Positions 1 through 10,505 of a DNA stretch of 64,000 nt are shown here, piece after piece (position 1 is the stretch's first letter; each line of letters begins with the position of its first letter). Both the position numbers and the translations under genes were made by a program. This stretch comes from Clostridiaceae bacterium (GTDB taxonomy: Bacteria; Bacillota; Clostridia; CAYPLH01; DUMO01). The stretch covers positions 1-64,000 of the forward strand of contig DUMO01000045.1 in NCBI GenBank assembly GCA_012839865.1, written 5' to 3'. The notes below the pieces were generated by a model. The model was not told the origin of the DNA and made no database searches. It saw only the letters and a list, made by a program, of their open reading frames with translations.

Positions 1-2040
1 AAAAACCTTTTCAATGTCATTGAAAATATTAAGCTTCAATATATAGCTGAAAACACTTAAATCAATTGCTTTTTGGGCATATTCAAAGTCATTGTATCCG
101 GATAATATTACAAACTCGGTATCAGGGGATATCCTGCTGATATTTTTCAGAAGCTCCAAACCGCTTATACCCGGAAGCTTGATATCGGTCATTACCACAT
201 CCGGTCTTTTCTCTTTGAAAAGTTTCAGTGCACACTCACCGCTTTCAGCTTCTCCGATTACTTTAAAGCCCATGGATTCCCACTCTATGGTGTCCACTAA
301 TCCTAACTGCATTTCACTCTGCCCGGCATTTCGGAATCCAGAAACGGTTATTACCTGGTAATCATTCTTGCTGATGAGAAACTTGCTGCTGTCCGTTATT
401 GAATTGAGCAGGTCCAAAGCCGTTGAGAAAAAACCTTTTATACCTATTTCCAGAAAACCCAAGGTGGAACCTGTTTTAAGGTTATAGCCCGGCTGGGGTA
501 TGTATCTGATTCTCCAGAAAAGAATCATGTTTCGCCCGTTGTCAGAAACATTCCATGAATATATATCCATGTTCTTCAATACCTGCTCTGATTTTGAAAA
601 ATAATTATTGTTAATATCGCTGCTGGAATAGAAAAGTTCATAGTTTTTATCATAAAAATTCACATAGTTTATGTCTTTCATTGAAATGCCCTTGCTTAAT
701 AACACTTTGGACAAATAAAGACCCCATTCATTGGGGCTGGTTAAACTGCTGCCAATTTCCGCCCTGCCGGAATCAATTCTTGACAACATCCTTTTTTGAA
801 ATTCCAGATCAAGGGCTATGTATTTTGCAAAGGAAATGTAACTGTCTCCTATTTCTTCAATGTTTCTGCCTATCAATTGGGAAATATGCACTTTAGAGTT
901 TTTTGCCTCTTCTATCACTACGTCTCTGAAGGAAACGTATGAAACAATTATAATAAGCATTATCGGTATTATGCATAAGCAATAAAATACAAAAATGCCT
1001 GCTTTTAAATTGTACTTTTTATTGACTTTCTTAAAATCATCCAGTACTCCCAGATCAGAAAAGTCCTGAATTTCATCCATCACCTTTGCGAACCTGTGGA
1101 CCGGTTCAATTATCTTTTTTGACATGAAGACATATAAAATGCCCAGCGTCATGCAGCACAATATCCCTGTCACACTGATAATCAGTATGGGCCTTTTGTA
1201 TATGTCAAGTATCATGTCTATTTCCATAAACAATACATATTGGAATAATTCATTATTGGAATGATAGTATACCGTCATAAACCTTTGCCCGTCAATTTCA
1301 AAGGTTTTGTTATTTGAGCCAAGATTTTCTTCCTGATATTTTTGGACTATCAATTCATATTTTTCGCCCGAACGGTTCTTGTGGACCAGTTTGTTTTGCT
1401 TATTGTAGATACAGAAAAGGTTGTCATTGTACCCGATAATGTTGTCAAAATCTAGTATCCCTACTAAATATTCTCCCTTATTCAATGTCAGTATCAGCAT
1501 TTTATCTTCATGTATTCCATGGTTGATAAAATTGTCCGCCCCGTAAGATTGTATGAAAGATACAATGTTTGCTTTGTTTAAATCCTTTGAAATCGAGCTG
1601 TTAAGCCTTTTATTTATTGTGCTGTTGTTTTTTACGCTTACCCCGATTATAGATTTGTCTGTTATGAGATAAATCCCTTCAAATTGCTTTTCCGCGCTCA
1701 GTCTTGTCTGAAGAAACAGCTGCAGAAGTTCGGCTTGCATAATATTTTCATATGCACTTCCCGTATTCTCCAGCTGCTGCATATATTCATTAAATGTAAA
1801 GTCATTGGCCAGCACTTCAAGTTTTTGCTGCGCTTCACTTATCGAACTGTTGATTTTATTGTCAATAATTATTATTTCATCTTTTCTAGACTCAATAATT
1901 CTTGACAGCAAAACATTCTTTGAGAATATGTAACTAATAAACCCTGAGAGGCTTCCAAAAAGAAACAGGGCGTGCCGTATCTGTTTTTCTTTTTTAAATA
2001 ATATGCAACTTCCCGATTCTTTACTTCCTGGGGGAACAAA
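1..2040 (-). pseudogene. Chimeric open frame (no proper start, runs off the left edge): YesM-like sensor input region fused in frame to a YesN-like receiver domain
   Basis: Hand translation finds no stop from 2040 to 1. It reads: partial TM (LFLFGSLSGFISYIFSK), extracytoplasmic region, TM (PILIISVTGILCCMTLGILYVFM), HAMP-like start (IIEPVHRFAKVM), second TM (IFVFYCLCIIPIMLIIIVSY), extracytoplasmic region, then receiver (MQLGLVDTIEWESMGFKVIGEAESG...VVMTDIKLPG...ILSGYNDFEYAQKAI). Confidence 0.75.
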
Positions 2041-3818
2041 TCAAGCCCGAACAAATCATCCCATATCATGTTGTATTTCAGGCTCCAGGTATTTGCATCG
2101 GTAAAGGTCAGTTTGTAATGGTCATCCTCCCTGGCTTTCTCTTCCCATTTGGGAACCATGTTTTTTGCTTCCTGCAAGTATTGTGCAGCCGTATCGGTTT
2201 TGCCCAGCATATCGCAAAGGATGGAATAAGAAGCCAATCCCATAATTGTTTTTACAGAAAGGTTTGCATTATGGGCCAGATGGCCTGCAAAATCATCAGT
2301 GCACAATTGCATACCGGGGTCAAAACCATGTTTCAACAGGTAGTTTGCCCACTGTGAAAGAAGGTCCCAATTATCTCTGGCAAACCCGGCATCCTTTTCT
2401 GTAATGGCGAGTGCCGCAGCAATAATGAGCATGTTTCCGCATTCTTCTACAGGCATCTGTCCTTCAGGTTCATCCTCTTTGATTATTCCATATGTAAAAG
2501 TCTTCCCTGATTCAGTATCTTTTTCAGCCCAGCCCATTTTTACCCTGTAAACCTGTCCGTTCACTTTAGGATATTTTCCTGCATCATGGGGTGCAAATTC
2601 ATAAGGCCAGTCACCGCTATTTGCAAACTTGAAAATAGGCCTTAACATTCCTTTAACCAGCTCAGGATTATAAAGTAAAAACAACGGAATTGAAGGATAG
2701 CTTACATCGACGGTAGCTGCACAGCCGTTGCTGAAGCACTCCTTGGAAATGAAAAGGACCTCCCCGTTGGTGTCTGCAACAAGCTTGTGGGCGGCAATGG
2801 CCTGCCTGTATGCCAGCGAAATAATATCGGCATATTTTTCTCCGCCGGCGGAAATTGCCTCTTTAATGAGATTGTTGCCGAAAATATTGCATTTTTCCTT
2901 TATGTCTTCATATTCCCGGATGGCATTTTCCAGCATGCTCTCAAAGCTCTGCCCGTTTCTTCTCCAGTATGCGCATAAAGGCTTGTTAAAATATTCAATT
3001 GAATATATGTCATCATAAGCCAGTATTATAAAATCTTTTGAAACAGCATTCTCCCTGACATCCAGGTCAATTGTACATGCCAGTACAGGAGTATCATCAT
3101 ACACATCCCGGGGCTTTCTGTTGTCGTCACATGTATTTATGCATCCTTTTTGGGCAAATTCAGTTCTTATTTTACAGCTGTTTATATATCCCTGCTTGTT
3201 TTCACCGGGCAGAACCAGATGCAAATAACCCCAGTCGATGCATAAATCATCTCCGCATCTTGCAAGTATGTTTGCCCTGTTTACACCCATTACCAGTGAC
3301 AGGGTACTGTCATTTATCTGCTTTCTCTCCCAAACCACTCTCTGTTCAGGTTGGTTCGGATCACTAACGCACCATTCACCTGTTACATCCAAATAGAGCT
3401 TTAAATCGTGAGGTTTTCCGTCAACAGAGCTGGCTGCAAAAGTTACATAAGTAACCGGACGGGACATAATGTCAAGGTCGTCCATTAAAAGAGGATTTGT
3501 AAAATCAACCTCAAGCCTTACCCCGCCTCCCTCAAATGCATATGTAGTGGATAAAGGTTTGACGGAAAGGCTTTTCTGCTCCATGCCCTGTATTTCTTTT
3601 CTGGCAAAGTAGAAAGGATGTATTGACATGTTTAGCTGGGTTAATCCTGCAAACCTCCAGGCTGTGCCATCAATCATTGCCAGTCCTGTAAGGGAATGCG
3701 GTTTGCCGGTCCAATGCCTTGTATAGTCATCGTATAAATTGTCTGCACAAGACCATACGCTAAAATATGGGTCAACAGTAACCAATGGTACTGCCGGCGG
3801 CCTTAATCCGGTTTTCAT
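1872..3818 (-). CDS. Glutaminase GtaA-family (DUF5127/DUF4965-type) protein, C-terminally truncated
   Basis: Motifs RPPAVPLVTVDPYFSVWS, SKECFSNGCAATVDVSYP, MPVEECGNM, TDDFAGHLAHNANLS, WSLKYN. Family-like sequence stops at RYGTP and is followed by an unrelated tail. Confidence 0.8.
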   Translation of the reverse strand: MKTGLRPPAVPLVTVDPYFSVWSCADNLYDDYTRHWTGKPHSLTGLAMIDGTAWRFAGLTQLNMSIHPFYFARKEIQGMEQKSLSVKPLSTTYAFEGGGVRLEVDFTNPLLMDDLDIMSRPVTYVTFAASSVDGKPHDLKLYLDVTGEWCVSDPNQPEQRVVWERKQINDSTLSLVMGVNRANILARCGDDLCIDWGYLHLVLPGENKQGYINSCKIRTEFAQKGCINTCDDNRKPRDVYDDTPVLACTIDLDVRENAVSKDFIILAYDDIYSIEYFNKPLCAYWRRNGQSFESMLENAIREYEDIKEKCNIFGNNLIKEAISAGGEKYADIISLAYRQAIAAHKLVADTNGEVLFISKECFSNGCAATVDVSYPSIPLFLLYNPELVKGMLRPIFKFANSGDWPYEFAPHDAGKYPKVNGQVYRVKMGWAEKDTESGKTFTYGIIKEDEPEGQMPVEECGNMLIIAAALAITEKDAGFARDNWDLLSQWANYLLKHGFDPGMQLCTDDFAGHLAHNANLSVKTIMGLASYSILCDMLGKTDTAAQYLQEAKNMVPKWEEKAREDDHYKLTFTDANTWSLKYNMIWDDLFGLDLFPQEVKNREVAYYLKKKNRYGTPCFFLEASQGLLVTYSQRMFCCQELLSLEKMK

Positions 3819-4039
3819 TTTTCATTCCTCCAGAATAATTCATATTTTTATTTAACTCTAAAGTTATTGTTTTAACTCATAATAATATTATATTTGGTAG
3901 TTTTGCATATGTCAATGGATGCAAGGATGGTCATGGTTCAAATGTTTTGAAATGATACTGCTGTATTGGAACTGATTAACCATAAATCCGCAGCCGGGAC
4001 GAACCTGACGATAACCTGGAAGATTTCAGTAGAAAAAAA

Positions 4040-4068
4040 TTGACTTTTTAACTTGCAGGTTATATAAT
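4040..4068 (+). promoter_or_regulatory. SigA-type promoter of the arsR-family gene with a palindrome in the spacer
   Basis: TTGACT(4040-45)-17 bp-TATAAT(4063-68); TAACTTGCAGGTTA at 4049-4062. Confidence 0.6.
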
Positions 4069-4239
4069 TCCATATAATAAATGTCTTTTGAACATGCTTT
4101 GATTATTCTTGCTGCAACTGCCTTTTACATTGACTTTATGCCTTTTTTTGATTATCAGGAAAAAAAACAAAAGTTGAACAGTTTGGTCCATGGAATTTAA
4201 AATTCGGCAATGCGCCGGCAAGCAGATTTATAAAGGAGA

Positions 4240-5151
4240 TTGGCTATGAAAGTAACCATAAATGAAAAAAGTATCGAGTTGTTTGGGTGCCTTTCCTCTA
4301 TTACACGAATAAAAATCATAGAGCTTTTAAGCAAAAAGCCGAGAAACATCAGCGAACTTTCAGATTTGCTCGGTGTTTCTTCAGCCATTGTCACCCGTCA
4401 TATATCTTTAATGGAAAAGGTTGGCCTGATAACGACAGAAAATCTTCCGGGCAAGCGTGGTCTTCAAAAAATTTGCTCGTTAAAGGAAAAGGAAATCAAT
4501 CTTATAATTGAGAATGCCGCAAAACCTGAGCATAGTCAAAAAGTTTCGATTCCTGTAGGACAATATGTGGCTTATGATGTCCATCCTGTATGCGGATTGG
4601 TTTCAAAAACAGGCCCTATCGGGCTTCATGATGACCCAAGGTACTTCAGCGACCCCAAGCATGTAGATGCAGCCCTTATCTGGTTCCAGCACGGATGGGT
4701 TGAATACAGGATACCAAGCTATGTTATAACCAAGCGCGCCCTGCGCTCAATAGGCATCTCTCTGGAAATGTGTTCTGAATACCCGAAATACAATGAAAAT
4801 TGGCCTTCAGACATACATTTTTATTTGAATGGAGTGCTTCTGGGCGTCTGGACCAGTCCCGGCGATTTTGGCGAAAAAAAAGGGCTTTATACTCCCGAAT
4901 GGTGGAAAGGAAGAACAGAGTACGGCCTTCACAAGACAATAACCGTAACCAATGAGGGTACCATGCTTGACGGTACTCATCTGTCTGACGTAAAAATAAA
5001 AGACCTTGATATAGCTCATGGTAAAGATATTTTTTTCAGGATACACGTTCCACAAGATGCATACCATTGCGGAGGAATAAATATTTTCGGCAAAGGTTTC
5101 GGAAATTACGACCAGGATATTGAGGTAATAGTGGAGTATGATGAAGATTAA
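4240..5151 (+). CDS. ArsR-family HTH regulator with long C-terminal domain (type often found beside glycan-utilisation genes)
   Basis: N-terminal wHTH (LSSITRIKIIELLSKKPRNISELSDLLGVSSAIVTRH); SD AAGGAG. Confidence 0.8.
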   Translation: MAMKVTINEKSIELFGCLSSITRIKIIELLSKKPRNISELSDLLGVSSAIVTRHISLMEKVGLITTENLPGKRGLQKICSLKEKEINLIIENAAKPEHSQKVSIPVGQYVAYDVHPVCGLVSKTGPIGLHDDPRYFSDPKHVDAALIWFQHGWVEYRIPSYVITKRALRSIGISLEMCSEYPKYNENWPSDIHFYLNGVLLGVWTSPGDFGEKKGLYTPEWWKGRTEYGLHKTITVTNEGTMLDGTHLSDVKIKDLDIAHGKDIFFRIHVPQDAYHCGGINIFGKGFGNYDQDIEVIVEYDED

Positions 5152-5176
5152 TTGTTGGGATTCAGGAAGATATAAA

Positions 5177-5222
5177 AAAAAGGGAGAGCATATTGTACAT
5201 ATAAAGTGTGCTCTCCCTTTTG
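5177..5222. terminator. Bidirectional intrinsic terminator between convergent arsR and purD
   Basis: AAAAGGGAGAGCA...TGCTCTCCCTTTT. Confidence 0.8.
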
Positions 5223-5257
5223 CTTTCAATGTTTTTCAAGGTAATTCCTGATAATGC

Positions 5258-6523
5258 TCACAGTCCCTTTTTTCCTATGTCTTTTCTGTAATGCATGTCT
5301 GTAAAGCTGATTTTTCCTATTCCCTTATATGCCCTGTCTATTGCCTGTGCCATGTCCGGACCAAGTGCAGTAACGCCGAGTACACGGCCGCCGTTGGTGT
5401 AGTATTTGCCGTCTTTTGATGCGGTGCCTGCATGAAAGACCATGATGTCAGTCTCGTTGGCAAGGTCCTCAATTCCTTTTATCTCGTATCCTTTTTCAAA
5501 TTTTTCCGGATATCCGCCTGAAGCAGCCACTACACACACTGCTGCCTTATTCTCCCACTCAACCTTAATTTCATCAAGTCTTTCATCTATCACAGCTTCA
5601 AATATATCAACCAGATCATTTTTCAAAAGTGGCAGAACAACCTGGGTTTCAGGGTCTCCAAATCTGGAATTGTATTCAATTACCTTGACACCATCACCTG
5701 TCAGGATAAGGCCAAAATACAAAACTCCTTTAAACTTTCTGCCTTCCTTGTTCAATGCTGCAATAGTAGGTTCATAAATGTTTTTCATGCAGTAGTCCGC
5801 AACTTCAGGGGTGTAGAGCTTGCTTGGGGCAAAAGTGCCCATTCCGCCTGTGTTAAGGCCCACATCATTATCAAAAACCGTTTTATGGTCCTGGGAACCA
5901 ACCATGGGCACAATGGTCTTGCCGTCAGTAAAGGCAAGAACTGTTACTTCGACACCGGTCAGGCATTCTTCGATTACCACTTTGTCTCCTGAACTCCCAA
6001 AAACCTTTCGAACCATGATATCATTAACAGCAGATGCAGCCACGTCAAAACCCTGGGCAAAAATTGCTCCCTTCCCCCGGGCCAGTCCGTCAGCCTTGAC
6101 ATAAAGAGGATATTCCTGGTGCTTTAGGTATTCAATTGCATGGTCATAGTTATCAAAAGCTTCATATCTGGCTGTAGGTATCCCGTACTTCTTCATGAAA
6201 TTCTTTGAAAAAGCCTTGCTGTATTCTATAATGGCAGCATTCTTGTTCGGGCCAAAGGCTCTGATTCCTGCAGCTTCAAGGGCATCAACCATACCCGCTG
6301 CCAGGGGATCATCCGGACCTACCACCACCAGATCTATTTTATTAGTTGTTGAAAACTCAACAATTCCATCAATATCTGTATCTTTTATCGGTACGCATTC
6401 CGCTTGTTGTGAAATGCCACCGTTTCCGGGAGCGCAGTAAATTTTTTCCACGCGGGGGCTTTGTGCAATTTTCCAGACCAGTGTATGCTCCCGTCCGCCT
6501 CCGCCGACTACCAGTACCTTCAT
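5258..6523 (-). CDS. purD: Phosphoribosylamine-glycine ligase
   Basis: MKVLVVGGGGREH, KADGLARGKG, YNSRFGDPETQ, GGRVLGV; start reset to 6523 after GGAGG. Confidence 0.97.
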   Translation of the reverse strand: MKVLVVGGGGREHTLVWKIAQSPRVEKIYCAPGNGGISQQAECVPIKDTDIDGIVEFSTTNKIDLVVVGPDDPLAAGMVDALEAAGIRAFGPNKNAAIIEYSKAFSKNFMKKYGIPTARYEAFDNYDHAIEYLKHQEYPLYVKADGLARGKGAIFAQGFDVAASAVNDIMVRKVFGSSGDKVVIEECLTGVEVTVLAFTDGKTIVPMVGSQDHKTVFDNDVGLNTGGMGTFAPSKLYTPEVADYCMKNIYEPTIAALNKEGRKFKGVLYFGLILTGDGVKVIEYNSRFGDPETQVVLPLLKNDLVDIFEAVIDERLDEIKVEWENKAAVCVVAASGGYPEKFEKGYEIKGIEDLANETDIMVFHAGTASKDGKYYTNGGRVLGVTALGPDMAQAIDRAYKGIGKISFTDMHYRKDIGKKGL

Positions 6524-6635
6524 ATAATAATCCTCCTGAAAGTCTTGACAAGTATTTCCCTTCATCAGGTCAAATGCAATGGCTTATAGGATTGGTGATA
6601 TCAAAGCGTTCATGTACATACTGTTTACAAGCATT

Positions 6636-7262
6636 TCAACTCAGTATCCTCACTCTTCTTCCTTCTATCACCAGTTTATTTTCTGAAAAGAGTTTTATGG
6701 CTTCAGGCAAAATTTTGTGTTCGCATTCCTCCATTACACGCTTCTGCAGGGTTTCAGGGGTGTCATCCTCCCTTATCTCTATTGCCTTTTGAAGTACAAT
6801 AGGTCCCGCATCAGCCTCAAGTTCCACAAAATGCACCGTTGCTCCGGTTACTTTCACACCGTACTCAAGGGCTTTTATGTGGGGAGTAAGTCCATAGTAC
6901 CCCTTGCCGCAAAAGGAAGGTATTAAGGCAGGGTGTACGTTCAAAATCCTGTTTTTATATTTATCGCTGAACTTTTGGCCCAGGATGGTAAGAAAACCAG
7001 CCATGACGACCAGTTCCACCTTGTGGGTTTCAAAGCATTGGATTATTGCACTGTCATAATCATCCAGGGAGGAATATTCCTTCCTGGGAATGCACACAGC
7101 AGGCAAATTGTGTTTTTTGGCTCTTTCAAGAGCATAGGCACTCTGTTTGCTTGAAACAACAATTGCAATACGGCAGTCCTTCAGATAGCCGTCCTCTATT
7201 CTGTCTATAATTGCCTGAAGGTTTGTCCCCCCTCCTGAAACCAGCACCCCTATATTCAGCAT
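6636..7262 (-). CDS. purN: Phosphoribosylglycinamide formyltransferase
   Basis: [33 protein letters not shown]. Confidence 0.97.
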   Translation of the reverse strand: MLNIGVLVSGGGTNLQAIIDRIEDGYLKDCRIAIVVSSKQSAYALERAKKHNLPAVCIPRKEYSSLDDYDSAIIQCFETHKVELVVMAGFLTILGQKFSDKYKNRILNVHPALIPSFCGKGYYGLTPHIKALEYGVKVTGATVHFVELEADAGPIVLQKAIEIREDDTPETLQKRVMEECEHKILPEAIKLFSENKLVIEGRRVRILS

Positions 7263-8278
7263 ATGTCAACTCCTGAGTCACCTTTGATTATTTCTCCGAT
7301 AATGTATGCGTTGTTTCCGCCTTTCTCAAGGTAATCCACCACACTTTGGGCTATTTCGGCATCCACCGCAAGAACCATTCCAATACCCATGTTGAATGTA
7401 TTAAACATATTTTTCTCGGAAACCTTTCCTGCCTCCTGCAGTAATTTAAAAATCGGCGGAACTGGCCATGATCCTTTGTTGATTTTTACCCTTAAGCCTT
7501 CAGGAACCATCCTTGGAATATTCTCAATAAACCCTCCGCCGGTTATATTTGCAATGCCTTTTAAATAATACCTGTTTTTTAAATCCAGTATTGTTTTCAC
7601 ATATATTTTTGTTGGCTTTAAAAGTTCGGTGCCAAGATCGCTGCCAAATTCCCCCACATATTCGGATAATCTTTCACGTGTAGGATTCAGGACCTTTCTT
7701 ACCAGGGAATAGCCGTTGCTATGTAGTCCTGAGGATGCAATGCCAACCAGCAGGTCCCCCTCTTTAATTGTGCTTCCATTAATAATTTCGCTTTTTTCAA
7801 CAATACCTACAGCAAAACCTGCTATGTCATATTCATCCGTTGAATAAAATCCCGGCATTTCAGCCGTCTCACCGCCAATTAAAGCACAACCGGCCTCCAG
7901 GCAGCCATTTGCCACTCCCTTGACTATTTCTGCAACCTTTTCAGGCTCATTTTTGCCGACTGCCACATAGTCAAGGAAAAACAACGGTTCGGCACCGCTG
8001 CATACTATATCGTTTACACACATTGCAACACAGTCAATACCCACCGTATCATGCTTGTTCATTAAAAACGCAATCTTCAGCTTGGTTCCCACTCCGTCTG
8101 TTCCTGAAACCAGAACCGGTTCCTTGTACTTAGCCTTGTCAAGGGCAAACAAGCCTCCAAATCCTCCTATGTCCGTGAGCACCTCAGGTCTGAAGGTCTT
8201 TTTAACATGCTCCCTCATAAGCTTTACAGACTTATACCCTGCCTCTACATCCACGCCGGCATCTTTATACGATGTCAT
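7256..8278 (-). CDS. purM: AIR synthetase
   Basis: [36 protein letters not shown]. Confidence 0.97.
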   Translation of the reverse strand: MTSYKDAGVDVEAGYKSVKLMREHVKKTFRPEVLTDIGGFGGLFALDKAKYKEPVLVSGTDGVGTKLKIAFLMNKHDTVGIDCVAMCVNDIVCSGAEPLFFLDYVAVGKNEPEKVAEIVKGVANGCLEAGCALIGGETAEMPGFYSTDEYDIAGFAVGIVEKSEIINGSTIKEGDLLVGIASSGLHSNGYSLVRKVLNPTRERLSEYVGEFGSDLGTELLKPTKIYVKTILDLKNRYYLKGIANITGGGFIENIPRMVPEGLRVKINKGSWPVPPIFKLLQEAGKVSEKNMFNTFNMGIGMVLAVDAEIAQSVVDYLEKGGNNAYIIGEIIKGDSGVDIC

Positions 8279-8290
8279 GCTGCTTCCTCC

Positions 8291-9745
8291 TCATTTATTA
8301 TCAAACTCATTTTCATTTTTAGGTATTTCAATAGGATACTTCCCGTTGAAACATCCGGTACAAAAGCCGAATGCAGAGCCTATCGGAGTCTTCAGCAAAC
8401 CTTCAAGGCTCAAATATGCAAGAGAGTCGGTGCCTATCATTTCATTTATTTCACTTACTGAACGCTCCGCAGCTACAAGTTCCTTGCCTGAAGAAACATC
8501 AACACCAAAATAGCATGGGTATCTAAACGGTGGAGAGCTTATCCTCAGGTGAACTTCCTTTGCACCTGCATTCTTAAGCATCTGCACAATTCTTCTTGTG
8601 GTAGTTCCTCTTACAATTGAATCATCTATCATGACTATTCTTTTGCCTTCAATTTCATCACGGATGACATTATATTTTATTTTCGCCCCAACTTCTCTTA
8701 ATGCCTGATTGGGCTGTATAAAGGTTCTTCCCACATATTTGTTTTTTAATAGGCCATAGCCAAAGGGTATTCCGCTTTCCCTTGAAAAACCTATGGCAGC
8801 ATCCGTTCCCCCGTCAGGCACGCCAATTACCAGGTCCGCATCCACCGGGTGTTCAATAGCCAGCCTTCTTCCGGCTTCTATTCTTGCGCGATGTACGCTT
8901 ACACCATCTATTACACTGTCCGGCCTTGCAAAATAAATATATTCGAATATGCAAAGCTTTGATTCTACCGGTACCTCAGTCTGTATTGACTGTAAACCGT
9001 CTCTGCTTATCACGACAATTTCGCCGGGGTTCACATTCCGTACAAATTCTCCTCCAATGGCATCTATTGCACATGACTCGGATGCCAAAATAAAAGAGTT
9101 GTCCAGCTTTCCAATACATAAAGGTCTGATACCATGCGGGTCTCTTATACCAATAACTTTATTGGTTGTTAAAACTACAATGGCATAAGAGCCTTGTATA
9201 TCATTCATCATTTTTTGTATTGCTTCTTCAGTACTTGAGCTGGTTACCCTGTACCTGGAGATAAGGTTTACCATTAATTCAGTATCGCTGGTGGATTGAA
9301 ATATTGCGCCATTTTCCTCCAGTTTGCTTCTAAGCTCGGCTGCATTAACTATACTGCCGTTATGTGCAAGAGCCAATTGTCCTCTTTTATACTTTACAAC
9401 CACCGGCTGCAAGTTCTCTCTTTTACCTGCGCCGCTGGCTGAATAGCGTACATGCCCTATTGCCATCTGACCTTTTAAATGTTCAAGCATAACATTGTCG
9501 AAAACTTCAGAAGCAAGTCCCATGTCCTTGTGGTAAACTATTGTGCCATTATCATTGACGGCAATACCGACACTTTCCTGGCCCCGGTGCTGCAAGGCAT
9601 AGAGGCTGTAGTATGTCAAACCGGAAACGTCATGGTTGTCCCGGCTGAAAAGTGCAAAAACACCACATTCCTCATGGAGTTTATCATCATCAATACCTGT
9701 ATTGTAAACATCGCTAAAACTGTATTTTCTATCCATAATAATCAT
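8291..9745 (-). CDS. purF: Amidophosphoribosyltransferase ([4Fe-4S] type)
   Basis: HEECGVF, QHRGQES, DDSIVRGTT; Fe-S cysteines in CIFE, PCYFG, FCTGCF. Confidence 0.97.
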   Translation of the reverse strand: MIIMDRKYSFSDVYNTGIDDDKLHEECGVFALFSRDNHDVSGLTYYSLYALQHRGQESVGIAVNDNGTIVYHKDMGLASEVFDNVMLEHLKGQMAIGHVRYSASGAGKRENLQPVVVKYKRGQLALAHNGSIVNAAELRSKLEENGAIFQSTSDTELMVNLISRYRVTSSSTEEAIQKMMNDIQGSYAIVVLTTNKVIGIRDPHGIRPLCIGKLDNSFILASESCAIDAIGGEFVRNVNPGEIVVISRDGLQSIQTEVPVESKLCIFEYIYFARPDSVIDGVSVHRARIEAGRRLAIEHPVDADLVIGVPDGGTDAAIGFSRESGIPFGYGLLKNKYVGRTFIQPNQALREVGAKIKYNVIRDEIEGKRIVMIDDSIVRGTTTRRIVQMLKNAGAKEVHLRISSPPFRYPCYFGVDVSSGKELVAAERSVSEINEMIGTDSLAYLSLEGLLKTPIGSAFGFCTGCFNGKYPIEIPKNENEFDNK

Positions 9746-9870
9746 AAAAATAACTCCCTTATTAAAAAATACCCTTTTATTATACTACACCAGGTTTTAT
9801 TTTCAACAGGAAAATGCTTTTGTTTTTAAACATCAGTTTACTGTTATGGTACGGCCAAGGCATCCTTAAT

Positions 9871-9958
9871 TGCCGCTTGATGAACATCAGCCGGTACTGA
9901 TCCGGGGATCAGCGGCAGGAAGCACCGACCCCCTGCTTTGTCCAAAAGAACCGTCCCC
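9871..9958. repeat. GC-rich multi-hairpin, REP-like element between purE and purF
   Basis: TGCCGC/GCGGCA closes two inner hairpins (TGATGAACATCA; CTGATCC-GG-GGATCAG), followed by AAGCA..TGCTT and AAAAGAACCGTCCCC. Confidence 0.5.
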
Positions 9959-9962
9959 CTGG

Positions 9963-10469
9963 TCACCCCTGTTTCAGTTTCTGCTGAAGGGCTGCATTTT
10001 TCTCTTCCACTTTTCTTGCCAGTTGCTCTTTGTAATCCCTCATTTTAGCCTTAAGCTCAGGATAGCCTGCGGATAAAATCTGTATTGCCAAAAGAGCAGC
10101 GTTTTCCGCACCGTTGATTGCTACAGTTGCAACAGGCACTCCGGAAGGCATCTGCACTATTGAAAGCAGAGAATCCAAACCGTCCATGGTGGATGATTTT
10201 ATCGGGATGCCTATTACCGGAAGTATGGTATATGCTGCAAGGACTCCCGGAAGATGTGCTGCTTTCCCGGCAGCGGCAATTATTACACCAAATCCGTTGC
10301 TTTCAGCTTCCTTTGCAAATTGGGCCGCTTTATCAGGTGTCCTGTGGGCTGAGCAAACCAGGACTTCTGTTTCAACTTTAAAATCCTTTAAAATATTTAA
10401 GCAATTTTCCACTATCGGAAAGTCTGAATCACTTCCCATTACAATGGCCACTTTGGGCTTATTGTTCAT
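9963..10469 (-). CDS. purE: N5-CAIR mutase
   Basis: [35 protein letters not shown]. Confidence 0.97.
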   Translation of the reverse strand: MNNKPKVAIVMGSDSDFPIVENCLNILKDFKVETEVLVCSAHRTPDKAAQFAKEAESNGFGVIIAAAGKAAHLPGVLAAYTILPVIGIPIKSSTMDGLDSLLSIVQMPSGVPVATVAINGAENAALLAIQILSAGYPELKAKMRDYKEQLARKVEEKNAALQQKLKQG

Positions 10470-10505
10470 ATTGCATCAATCCTTTCAAAATGTTTTTAGG
10501 TTTTA

